Source of the DNA: Selaginella moellendorffii
Taxonomy: Eukaryota > Plantae > Lycopodiophyta
Length of the DNA: 64,000 nucleotides
NCBI RefSeq assembly: GCF_000143415.4
Contig: NW_003314292.1
Span: forward strand, 799,325-863,324
Reading direction: 5' to 3'
Position numbers and translations under genes: made by a program
Shown: one piece after another, positions 48,073 through 59,499 of the stretch
How positions within the stretch are numbered: position 1 is the first letter of the stretch
Layout: each line of letters opens with the position of its first letter
The notes under the pieces: model-generated
What the model was told of the DNA's origin: nothing
Database searches by the model: none
Seen by the model: the letters and a program-made list of their open reading frames with translations, nothing else

Positions 48073-48719
48073 ATGGCTATGGCGATCCGAAGCGCCTGGC
48101 GATCGATCGCGCGCCTAAAGAACCCCATCAGCAGCAGGAGCAGGGCATTCTCGACGATCGACGAGGAGGAAAGGCGGCAGCTTGTCAACAGGTTCGATCG
48201 ATTCCAATGCCAATTCTTCCTCATTTGCGCGTTCCTCACAGAAATTTCTCTATAGATTGCTCTACCGGAGCAAGCAGCGGGGATTCCTGGAGCTCGATCT
48301 GGTGCTGGGGAAATGGACGCAAGAAAACATCCATCAGCTGGACGACAAGCACTTGGAATCGTTGATCCAAGTCCTCGATCTGGTGAGATTTTGATCTATG
48401 TTCCATGGGGTTCTCAAATAGATCGATCTTCCAGGAAAACCCCGATCTATGGAAATGGCTCACAGGGCAAGCCGAGGTGCCAGAATCCATCACTGCTAAT
48501 CCGGTATGGAGGAAGACGAGAGACGATGGGTGTTTGTCCTAAAGTTCTAGGATTGGAATTTCTTTCCAGGTGTTTGCGTGTATCCAGAAGCAAATCAGTG
48601 GCAACTTGGAGAACCATGCGGCCGTGGAGACTCGTGCCAAGCCCGGCCAGCCGTGGGTTCGTGGATGGGATGACTTCAAGAAGACAGGACCAAACAACGC
48701 TTTCCTTGGGAATCAGTAG
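48073..48719 (+). CDS. SDHAF2: Succinate dehydrogenase assembly factor 2 (Sdh5 family), 4 exons
   Basis: Mitochondrial presequence, RLLYRSKQRGFLELDLVLGKW, ENPDLWKWLTGQ and PWVRGWDD...GNQ*. Confidence 0.95.
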
Positions 48720-48949
48720 AAGAGTTTCCATCCATTGTGTAAATTAATTACTCTTATTTAACTTAGTTACACTGCCAACAAGAAAAGGAAATATTTTTAT
48801 TTTGTTAGTCTAAATAAAAAGAACAAATAGAGGAATTAAATAATTTAATGAAAATTATGTTAAAAGGCATTATGTAAGATTTATTTCCAAGATAAATGTT
48901 TAAAATTGTAATATCACAGGAATACACAATTTTTATTTACCATTTAACT

Positions 48950-49270
48950 AATATTATTGCTTTTATAATAGAAATATATATGTTTTATTAACCCAAAAAC
49001 TCTAGCTTATATACAAGAGCAAGTGGTTTTAATTAAAACCAATTTTACAATTATTAAAATCTCACTATATTAATAATAATATACAGCATTGTAATTGTAA
49101 ATTTGGATCTCATATTATCCCTTTTCCTTAGAAAGGACAAAAAAGACAGTTTGGGTTATTGTGTTGATAGACTCAAATTATCTTAGAGTTCTTATGTTGA
49201 TGGACTAAGATCTAAAGGGACATTAAAAAGGACAACTACATGAAGTATTAATAAATTTATAGATAATGCA
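48950..49270 (-). mobile_element. Highly decayed 3' end (internal tail, PPT, LTR start) of the same Gypsy family as 59500-62660
   Basis: The reverse complement aligns by eye with ~62400-62640, e.g. TTTTATTAACCCAAAAACTCTAG versus CTAGGGTTTTTGGGTTAATAAAA. Confidence 0.7.
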
Positions 49271-49277
49271 ATTTAGT

Positions 49278-49372
49278 TGTAAGCTCTTGAATTTAAACTT
49301 CCCAAGAGGTAATTAAGTTCAAATATTATTCAAACTCTTAAGTATCCCAAAACCCTTAACCAATTGGAAAAC
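49278..49372 (-). mobile_element. Decayed partial Cassandra LTR
   Basis: TGTAAGCTCTTGAATTTAAACTTCCCAAGAGGT...AAGTATCCCAAAACCCTTAACCAATTGGAAAA matches 58669 onward, with many C>T/G>A changes. Confidence 0.8.
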
Positions 49373-49377
49373 AAGGT

Positions 49378-49535
49378 ATTATAGCAAATATGACTATGTA
49401 TATATTGAAAGTTACTTGTGTTGGCGAATCTTTTCATATATTCTTTCCTTACTGTCACGATAGTAGGACATCAGTTTGTTGGTTCTTTTTTCAACCCCTC
49501 TTAGTAAACTAGGCTAAGCATTTATACTTAATTAT
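49378..49535 (+). repeat. Decayed fragment of the LARD-family LTR 5' end
   Basis: GCAAATATGACT...ATTGAAAGTTACTTGT...TTAGTAAACTAGG resembles 49542-49700. Confidence 0.65.
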
Positions 49536-52500
49536 AAAAAGTGTCGCAAATGTGACTTCAGGTATTGAAAGTTGCTTGTCGGTTAGTCCTTACGGACACT
49601 CTTTCTTTACTGCCACAACGGCAGGAGGTTAGTACTGCTGGACCCTTTATCAATCCCTTTTGTTCAAGTGTTAGTAAACTGGGTTTAGCATCTGTATTTA
49701 ACTAAATGGACATAAGGTAGGAACTCCTATGTGTTTCTAACTGAGCATACTTGGCTTGGCTGTTAATTCTTTTTTGCTCTATCTTGCACTAGCTTGACAA
49801 GAACTCTTGTATATTGAGATTAATCCCTCAATATCGCTGGATGATAGCTTACCATGTTTGCTAAATACCCTCGCTATCATGCCCTTTGTGTTAGTTTCAT
49901 TTCGGTCCCAAATGCTATTTATAAAAAGTGTCTAGATTTACTCATTTGGCATATCTACTGAATGTAAAGATTGTCCTAAACACAATGGTGTTCATCCCAT
50001 GTCCAATCTAAAGACATTCCATATTTAATAAATTTCACACTTGTCCCAAAGACTAACTCTTGATATTAAAGGAGGTTTAGGATGAAAGCCCAAAGCATGT
50101 GTTCCTCAAGGGGGGGGGGGTTCCAAATGTATAGTAAGGATAGTGGGTAGGTTGGGTATGGTTGACTAACCTAAGGCATAGTTTAGCTCCCGCTTGCATG
50201 CCTGTCTTTGTTTTGCGTTCGGCTTGGGTCTAAGCCCAAGCTCCACATCATACTAATTGGTGGAGTACCCATATCCTCGTGTTAGGCCACCGGTATGCTA
50301 AAATAGCACCAAACTTCGTTTAGCATTATTTTGCATGTTAGTTCTAGCATTGGGATGCTAGATGCTCTAGGACTGTTCCAAGTCACTCCATGCTCCTATC
50401 TCTTCGCTCTTTAGGATATATGCTCGAGAGTCGTTCCATGTCCCAGTGCCATTACTCCTTGGCTCCATGCTTGGGAGTTTGGTACCGTTTCTTCGTTCAG
50501 TGGATTAAGGCCCAGAAACTCGGGTTCCACACCATTGTCCTTTGGACACATGGCTTGTGACATATAGCATGCAACACGTGGCACATAGAGGGTTCTGCTT
50601 CGTGGTTATCCTATGGTAAATCACCATAGGATAAAGGGTAAAAACCACGTGTGCTACATTTGGTATCAGAAGATGAGTCTCGACAAGTACTATCCAATGA
50701 GATTGGGCAACTAGTCTCGTTGCATACGCAGGGATAAAAATGATGATCTGAGTGGGTACATATTTGGGTGTTAAGACTTCGCAATTGTTCCTTGGGTATG
50801 GATTTTTGTTACCTTGTTGTACCTTATGATGTGAGCTTGCTCTTGGGCTCATAGGATGGATTTGAGGTGTACCATTTTGCACGAGTTTTCGCTTGGGCTC
50901 GTGAGTGAGGCACATTAGCAACTCAAGGTTACACTTTGAGCTGGCAGGATTAATGTTAGCTTATCGGTGGTTCCATGAGTTGTTCCATATACTATGGGTG
51001 AAAGTAAACTTCCCCTAGGTTTGCTATGAGTGGCAAATAGGCTAGTCCATAGCTATTTAGCATGGCACTAGTGAATCCTTCCTAGGCATGATTACAAGTG
51101 AATCAACCAAGACTGTAGGGATTAATCTATTGGTTTACGTAGTCATTGCCGTGCTCTCTCATAAACTTTTCTTGGATTAGACTGAAGGCAGTGCAAAAGC
51201 AAGTTTGAAGTTTGGTCAAAGTAGAGACCAAAAAGAAAGTCATCAAGGACAAAGGATCAAACACATAAATCATTTCTCCTCTTGGAGAGATGATTTGCAA
51301 CGAAGTGTGACTCATTGCTCGTGTTCACAATATGCAATCAAGAGTCCCTACCCTGATGTATGTTGGAAATGATAGTTTTGCAAATGGTGAGTCGTGGGAT
51401 GGATAGCAGTGAAGCGCTAAACCATTTTGTCTAGGCTCGCTATTGGAAGACTTGGGTTATAATGCTCAATTCTTTTCCGGGAAACCTTGCTATTGCTCCT
51501 TGAGTAGTTTGGTGTTGGATTAGTTTTAAGTTTGGTCAAAAAAAGAGTGGTATGAGCTTGTTCGTGTTGTGAACAAAAGTTAGTGGTGTTAAGTGTTATA
51601 AATCTCTATCTGTGGGGTGTGGCATTTATGTTGCATTTTGTCGAGTCAAGTTGACACTTGATACTCACATAAACCTTTGTAGTAGTGACAATAGCATTGC
51701 TCATGGTGTTGCTCAATTGATGATCAAGTCATTGTGATTTTATATCATATCCATGTGATAATGAGCAATGTGTTTATGAAGTTACTTGGTTAAATAATGA
51801 TCAACCCCAAAGTGGTTGATAGTGAAGCTAATCTACTTGCATATAGTAACATTGTAGTAGCTTTGACTGAATTCTCAATAATGATTTATGATGTGCTAAA
51901 CTTATGTTAGTACCTTGTTTCCTTGAGGGTCTGCCTATTGAGGTGTTGGAAAAAGTTATAGCACTCACTTGCTGTAGCTTGTCGGTTGATCTATTAGCAC
52001 TTGGAGTAGATTGTTAGATGGAGAAAGTGTGTAGTTGAGGCATTAACATCACTAACATTTGTGTTAGTGGAAGTGGGATTATTGATTCAAGTGATGAGGA
52101 GTTTTTCCTTGGAGCTTAATTTTTCATGTTATTTTTCTTGTTAGTGTTTGGGTTTCACATTATATCTTGAAGGTGATTGAAGAAGAGTGTTAGTCCAATA
52201 TAGATATCCGAAAATGTGGTTTTCGTGATCAAACTTTAGATGTTCATTGCATTTTGCGGATGTCGGTGTTGGATATTGGAAATATAGGCAAGACGTTCAA
52301 TGCTTAAGCATACTATGGGTCTTGAGAATTTGTGTTGAGGTGAACTTATGTGAAGTTGTTAGTAGAAGAAAGTTGGTTGAGTCTTGAAAGTTTGTATTTC
52401 TAGACAGAGAGTCATTCTTTTTCTAGGATGAAAAATTTTCCACAAATTTTCTTAAACTTTTCCAATGGCTGATTTATTGATCACTTTGCCCGAAAACCTT

Positions 52501-53012
52501 TCCATTTTCATAAGCCGATACAAACTAGTGAAGGGGTTAGAGTTGACTTCAGTTGGCTTAGATCTTAGTAGGTAGTTTGTATGATGCGCCTAAAAGGGAT
52601 GTTGACTTTTGGGGCTAAAACAATTGTGTTAAATAGAGTTTGGAATTGGTGGAAAAAAGTGCCTGCTGTGCTTTTCTAAGAAGGGTGACATTTGTGCCTT
52701 TCTTTTATAGTGTTCTACTTGGTGGCAGGTTGCATCTTGCATTTCGTTATACTCTATGAAGGTAGTGAGTTTTCACTGATCTTGACTTAGTCTTGGTAGC
52801 TTTGCACCTTGGATAAGGATGGTGATGTCCAACTTAGTTGTTTGAAGTTGATATGTTAGTACCTATACTATAGCTTTGTTTATGAGGAGGTTGTGTACTG
52901 ATATGAGTCCATCTTATAGTCTTCACCTTAATTTCGACTAAGTGTTGATCATGCATAGTTAGCCTTTTCAAGGCATGCTCAAAGCTATTAGCTAAACAAG
53001 TTGGTGATCTTA

Positions 53013-56000
53013 TGTTAGGCACCAACTTTGACTACATGGTCAACATCGGTCAAAGGGAGGCTCAAGGGTATATTAAGGCATGTTAGGGTAAGGGACTTAA
53101 CCTACCCTAGGGCGCGGCGTCGCAATGGAGCTTTTGAGGTAGCTCAAGGATGGTTGGGTGGTGAGGAACCTCAAGAGGTGGCGTAGCATAGTCTAGGGCG
53201 ACTAGATCTCTGTTTTTTTGCGCCGGATCATAACATTGGTATGGCCGACCAAGCTGAACACTGGAATCCTATTGTCGATGGTGGTGCCGACGATGGTGCC
53301 GACGAAGACGCGGAGAATTGGACCATTCAAGATATGGTTCATGAGCTGCGAGCCCTTAATAAAAATTAGCAAGAGATGCAAGACGAAATGCATGGCATGA
53401 TGGATACCATGCGTGGGCGTGTTGAAGCACTCGAGGCTGGACGGGGTAACGCTCCAAGTAAGCCTTCTTTGGTAGATCGACTCAAGATTTCAACTTTTTC
53501 CGGTGATGGTGGTGTGGACGAGTGTTTTGCTTGGCTAGCCAATGTGAAGAAGTTCTTGGCTACTAGAGGAACTCCAGATGCAGAAGCTTTAGTGGCTATT
53601 CCGATTGTTTTGCGTGATGCGGGTCTTCGATGGTGGAATTGGCTTGAGGAGTCCTGTGTTGCGGATAAGAAACCACTAGTGTCTACCATGGATGAATTTG
53701 AGGCTGCTTTTCGTTTACGTTTTGCCCCTCATTACGATGTGGAGAATGCTGTACGGAACTTCGACATTTCTAGCAAGGGAAAATGACGCTCGGGGACTAT
53801 ATTGAGAAGCTTACTTGCTTGATTAGTCGTATTCCAACGAAGGATCCAGATCAGAACAAGTCCTACTTCATTGATGGCCTACATAGTGAGAGCATGCGGC
53901 AACGCTTGCGTCATTCTCAGCCTACAAAGAGTTTGGAGGAGCTCTTTGATGCAGCTCGTCGACTTGACAATGACAAGCACAAGTCTCGCAAGCATTCGCG
54001 GAGTCCTTCTATCGAGAATCATTGTGATGATCGCCATGGACACAAGGATGGGAACAAGCATCACAAGTTGAAGTCGGTGGTGACTACTTCAGATGCAAAG
54101 GGGTCCAAGAAGCAGAAGTTCTTTGTGAAGAATTATAGACAGGGTTGTCATCATTGTGGCGAACTTGGACACTACAAGGCTGATTGTCTGCAGTTGAAGA
54201 ACAACCAGCAGGACAAGAAGAATGGCCAATCTTCTTCTCACGGTAAGTCAGATACTAAAAAGTTGTAAACTTTGCAGCGTGAGGATGAGGAGAACGACCA
54301 TTCTGGTCGGAGGAAGTGACTTTCGATCGTTGCTCGTCAACTCAACTGTGTGCGGAACAAGATGGAGCTCGAGGATACGCGTGAATTAGAATTTGGAGAG
54401 CGTGTTTCGTGGCGATCCAGTGCGGATTTTACTGGATAGTGGGAGCGATGACAACTTTGTTTCGGCAAAGTTTGTTGCGGAGCATGGCCTGAACACACGC
54501 GGAGTTCTTCCATACACAGTGGAAGGTGTAGCTACCTCTACTCAGCATTTCGATGCTTGTGTCGAGGGGCTGGAAGTGTTGGTTGGCAAAACCACACTTG
54601 TGGAGACTTTTTATCTCACGGATATCCATCGTGTGGATCTCATCCTTGGGATGCCATGGTTGGTGAAGGTGGATCCAGAGATAAAGTGGAGTATTAAGCG
54701 TATCTCGCTGGAGTATGGTGGAGTTAAAGATGTGTGGTTTGGCAAGGGCATTCAACCCCCAGTTGTTATGCTCTTTGCTACATCTTTGAAGCAGGCTTGT
54801 CGTAATGGAAAAGCACTTTCGAGTTACTTGCTGTTTGTTCGTGACTTGGGGGACTAAGGCACGTGTGGGGGAGAAGCAGCAGTACGGGATGTACTGGACG
54901 AGTTTTCTGATGTTTTTCCATCTGAACTTCCTCATGGATTGCCTCCGTTATGAGGTGTGGAGCATGGGATTACATTGGAGCTGAGGACGAGGTCAATTTA
55001 CTGGCATCCATTTTGGTTAAGTTATGTGAAGGAGCAAGAAGTTCAACAACAAGTCAAGGAGTTACTTGAGTTTAAATTTATTCGGCCAAGTAAGTCTCCG
55101 TTTGGTGCTCCGGTCTTGCTTGTGAAAAAGAAGGACGGTTCAATGCGAATGTGTATTGACTACCGCGCTTTGAACAAGAAGACAGTGAAGGATAAGATGC
55201 CGATGCCACATGTGGATGATATCCTGGACAAGCTTGGTGAAGCACGAGTGTTTACCAAGATTGATCTGAGGAGTGGATATCATCAGATTGCAATGGATGA
55301 TGCATCTATCTCCAAGACAGCATTCAACACAAGCTTCGGACATTTTGAGTTTACAATTATGCCGTTTGGTTTGATGAATGCACCAGCCACATTTACTCGG
55401 TTGATGATGGAGGTATTTGGGCGTTATCTTCATGAGTTTGTGGAGATTTTCTTGGACGATATTCTCTTTTTTAGCAAGAATATGGAGGAGCATAGGGTGC
55501 ATTTGCGCAAAGTTCTTTTCTTACTTCGAGACAGCAAACTTTATGCAAAGAAGAGCAAATGTGAATTTGCAAAGTTGGAGGTGGAATATCTAGGCCATAT
55601 TGTGACATCTGAGGGTGTCAAGACAGATCCAAGGAAGGTGGCTGTGGTGGAAAACTGGCCTACACCGACTATAATGGCCGAGTTGCGCAATTTTCTTCGT
55701 ATGGCTAGTTACTACCGACGTTTCCAACATAAGTTTGCAGAGGTGGTTATTCCTTTGACGCGGTTGTTATGCAAGAATGTGCCATTCGAGTGGAAGAAGC
55801 CACAAAAGGAGAGTTATGTGGCGCTGAAACAATTGTTGAGCGAGACTCCAGTGCTTCGCATTGCTGATCCATCGAAACCTTACGAGGTGACATGCGATGC
55901 GAGTGGTTATGCACTGGGAGGAGTTCTCATGCAAGAGGGATAGCCTATTGCATATGAGAGTCAAACTTTGAATTCTGCGGAGCAACGCTATTCCACATAT

Positions 56001-57891
56001 GAGCAAGAGTTAGTCTCTATTGTTCATGCTTTGCGGACGTGGCAGCACTATCTTTATGGTGTAGTGTTCATGGTGTTGACAGATCACAAACCACTTGTGT
56101 ATCTTTTCACACAGAAGGAGTTAAACACTAGGCAAGCTCGTTAGATGGTCAAACTCATGGAGTTTGGGGAGTTTCCTATTGAGCATCGTCCAGGAAAATC
56201 AAATGTGGTGGCAGATGTTTTATCTCGTATTCGTCATATGACAATGTTACGAACACGATTTTGTCATCATTTGAGTAAGGTGGTCAGCGAGTTTGGGCAC
56301 TTGGTTGAGCATGCTCAGGCTCAAGATGTTGAGGTGGCCTCTTTGCGAGACCAGATGGAAGCCCCTTTCTCATTGGTGGATGGGATTATCTACTACAATG
56401 GCCGTGTACACTTGCCACGGGTGGATGCGTTAATTACTCAAGTTTTATTCCACTATCATGATCGTCCAGAGGCCGGTCATTTTGGGGGGAAGAAGACGTA
56501 TGAGTTGATTAAGCGCAACTTTTATTGGAGGAATATGAAGGTTGATATCCTCAAGTATTGTAAATCATGCGAGATTTGTCAGCGGGTTAAGGTGCCACAG
56601 GAGAAGCCGGGGGGACTTTTGCAACCTTTACCTATTCCTCAGAGCCATTGGTGTAATATCTCTATGGACTTCATCACTTGTTTGCCACGAACACAGAGGC
56701 AAAAGGAACAAGTATGGGTCATAGTGGATCGGTTGATGAAGTATGTGCAGTTGTTGGCTCTTCGGAAGACTGTCACTGCCTCAGACTTGGCTGCGGTTTA
56801 CTTGGAGAAGGTTTTTCCTGACTTTGGTCCGGAGGACATCATTAGTGATCAAGATTCAAAGTTCACCAGTGGATTTTGGAAAAGTTTTGCAAAGGCTATG
56901 CAAGTGACTTTGAAACTCTCAAGTGGAGATCATCCTCAGACGGATGGGCAAACTGAGTGTGTGAATCAGGTGGTGGAGGATATGCTACATTGTAGCATTG
57001 GTCAAAGGCAAGGATAGTGGGATTTATATCTTCCGTTGGTGCAATTTGCTTACAACAATAGCCAACACAATGGAACCAAGCTAAGTCCTTATTTTGCCAT
57101 GTTTGGAAGGCATCCTCGAACAGCGGTGGAGTTGGGATTGCATTTGAGTAAGGACGTTCAAGATAAGCTTGATTCCGAGGCGACTGATTTGGCCACAGAA
57201 CTTGATGAGATTTTGGTGGTGTGCAAACGGATTTGCAAGTAGCTCAAGATAGAGCGAAGAAGTTTGCCAATGAGCATCGCCAATTCCGGGAATATAAGGT
57301 GGGTGATCTCGTCTTTGTGTGAGTGATCTTTCCGTCAAGTGAGCGGCGGAACACCTTGGTGCCTTTACGAACAGGGAAGAGTGATAAACTTTCCCATCGA
57401 TATGCTGGTCCATATGAAGTGCTGGAGCGCATTGGTAAAGTGGCTTATCGGGTGCGGCTGCCAGCTGGGGTGAAAATTCATCCGGTATTTTATGTCAGCC
57501 AGTTGAAAGGTGTACTATCTCAGAGTGACGGGCCCAATGCCTCCTTGATGTATACGGCTGTGGAAGATGGACCAGGAGCTTGAGCAGGGTTCCCCAGAAA
57601 GGGTGATCACCGGTACAACTCGTCCTTGGGACAAGGACTTTGTTGGGGGGGAAGAATTGTTAGGCGCCAGCTTTGACTACATGGTCAATGTCGGTCAAAG
57701 GGAGGCTCAAGGGTATATTAAGGCATGTTAGGGTAAGGGACTTAACCTACCTTAGGGCTCATAGTGGAGCGGCGGCACAATGGAGCTTTTGAGGTAGCTC
57801 GGGGGTGGTTGGGTGGTGAGGAACCTCAAGAGGTGGTGTAGCATAGTTTAGGGCGACTAGATCTCTGTTTTTTCTGCGCCGGATCATAACA
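53013..57891 (+). mobile_element. Complete but decayed Ty3/Gypsy (chromovirus-like) LTR retrotransposon with short LTRs
   Basis: LTRs at 53013-53235 and 57658-57891 (TG...CA); PPT GGGGGGGAAGAAT at 57645-57657; imperfect TSD TCTTA/GTTTA; domain order gag-PR-RT-RH-INT. Confidence 0.96.
53241..57583 (+). pseudogene. Gypsy gag-pol polyprotein with stops and frameshifts
   Basis: Zn knuckle CHHCGELGHYKADC; protease LLDSGS; RT RMCIDYRALN, MPFGL, FLDD; RNase H CDASG; integrase HHCC, MDFI, ISDQD, HPQTDGQTE; GPY/F motif. Confidence 0.95.
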
Positions 57892-58350
57892 GTTTATTAC
57901 GGTTGAGTTGGATTCGAGTGGTCATTTAGTTCGTGTTTATCCATGAACCTTTAGCTCATACCTGGGGTATTATGTTCATATTGGACAAATATATGACTCG
58001 ATGGCGCGAGTTTAGTGTTTGGTTCTTGTGAAGGCAAGTTAAAGAGTGATTGTTAGTTGCTTTGCGACTAGTGGTTGCTTGTAGACTTTGTCGAGGACTG
58101 TTTGACACTTGCTTCGCTCGATGATGATTTAGCAGTGATGGGCTTGCTTTACCGGATGGTGTTACGGAGGATCGTGTCGTTAAACTTAAATAGTTTTTTC
58201 ATGTTAGCATGTCAATTCTACCTTTAATGATGTCATTTGGTTATGTTCAGTCCGTAGTGTTGGATTTCATGGAGTCATGGATGTGGTGAATCACTCTTTG
58301 ATGATGTGTTATTTGAAACTGAGTATTATTGGAGGATTAATCTCGGATAT

Positions 58351-59486
58351 NNNNNNNNNNNNNNNNNNNNNNNNNNNNNNNNNNNNNNNNNNNNNNNNNN
58401 NNNNNNNNNNNNNNNNNNNNNNNNNNNNNNNNNNNNNNNNNNNNNNNNNNTTAATTTTACTAGATTTAATTGTTCTATATAAAACACTATTTACAAACTT
58501 TTCTCTAATTATAAAATAATATTAAATAATAAAATAGTAATAAAATAAAATGATTTTTCTGAAATAAATCTTGAAAGATACTAATTTTTAGCAATTTAAA
58601 TTAAATATTTAATTTTATATCACAAATTATATTTTATAAAATTTTAATTCATTTTGTAAGGTCCAAGTTGTAAGCTCCTGAGTTTAGACTTCCCGGGAGG
58701 TCATCCAGCCCAGTACTATTCAAACCCAAAGACACTTAACCCCAAGTATCCCAAGACCCTTAATTGATTGGAAAAGGGGGTGCACTCTTGTTTATAGGCC
58801 CTTTCCCTTTATATTTAAACCCCTATGGATCGTCTCTTAAGTCATTCCCTTTGGTTGCTTACAATTTACTATGCTTCCCTACAAGTTCACACCCTCTCTC
58901 GAGTCGTTTCCTCTGGTTACTTACAATTCAAGTTGAGAGCTACAGCTCTCTCTCGAGCCCTACTCTCTTGACACCCTACCCCTCTGGTTAAGCTTAGCGG
59001 GAGCAAACTAGACTAGCTAGATGTCAAACTAGACTAGCTAGATGTCAATCAACATGTGGTGTAATTCCCTTAATCAATTAACAGAGTCGGACTCAAGACC
59101 GCTCTAATACCAAATGTAAGCTCCTGAGTTTGGACTTCTCGGTAGGTCACCCAGCCCAGTACTATTCAAACCCAAAGACGCTTAACCCCAAGTATCCCAA
59201 GACCCTTAACCAATTGGAAAAGGGGGTGCACTCTTGTTCATGGGCCCTTTCCCTTTATATTTAAACCCCTATGGATCGTCTCTTGAGTCATTCCCTTTGG
59301 TTGCTTACACAAGTGTATNNNNNNNNNNNNNNNNNNNNNNNNNNNNNNNNNNNNNNNNNNNNNNNNNNNNNNNNNNNNNNNNNNNNNNNNNNNNNNNNNN
59401 NNNNNNNNNNNNNNNNNNNNNNNNNNNNNNNNNNNNNNNNNNNNNNNNNNNNNNNNNNNNNNNNNNNNNNNNNNNNNNNNNNNNNN
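58351..59486. other. Assembly gaps (58351-58450 and 59319-59486)
   Basis: N runs; adjacency across them is not directly sequenced. Confidence 0.99.
58669..59309 (-). mobile_element. Complete Cassandra-type TRIM, copy 2 (641 bp)
   Basis: 195-bp LTRs at 58669-58863 and 59115-59309. Perfect TSD CAAGT at 58664-58668 and 59310-59314. PBS TGGTATTAGAGC on minus at 59112-59101. 5S-like segment in each LTR. Confidence 0.95.
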
Positions 59487-59499
59487 NTGTTCTTGAGGA

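Larger units (their letters stand above)
49542..58350 (+). mobile_element. LARD-like LTR element, copy 2 (5' LTR 49542-50658; interrupted by Gypsy; 3' part lost at assembly gap)
   Basis: LTR homologous to 4842-6079, PBS TGGTATCAGA at 50661. The interior is colinear with 6080-9475 at 50659-53012 and 57897-58350. Confidence 0.93.
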
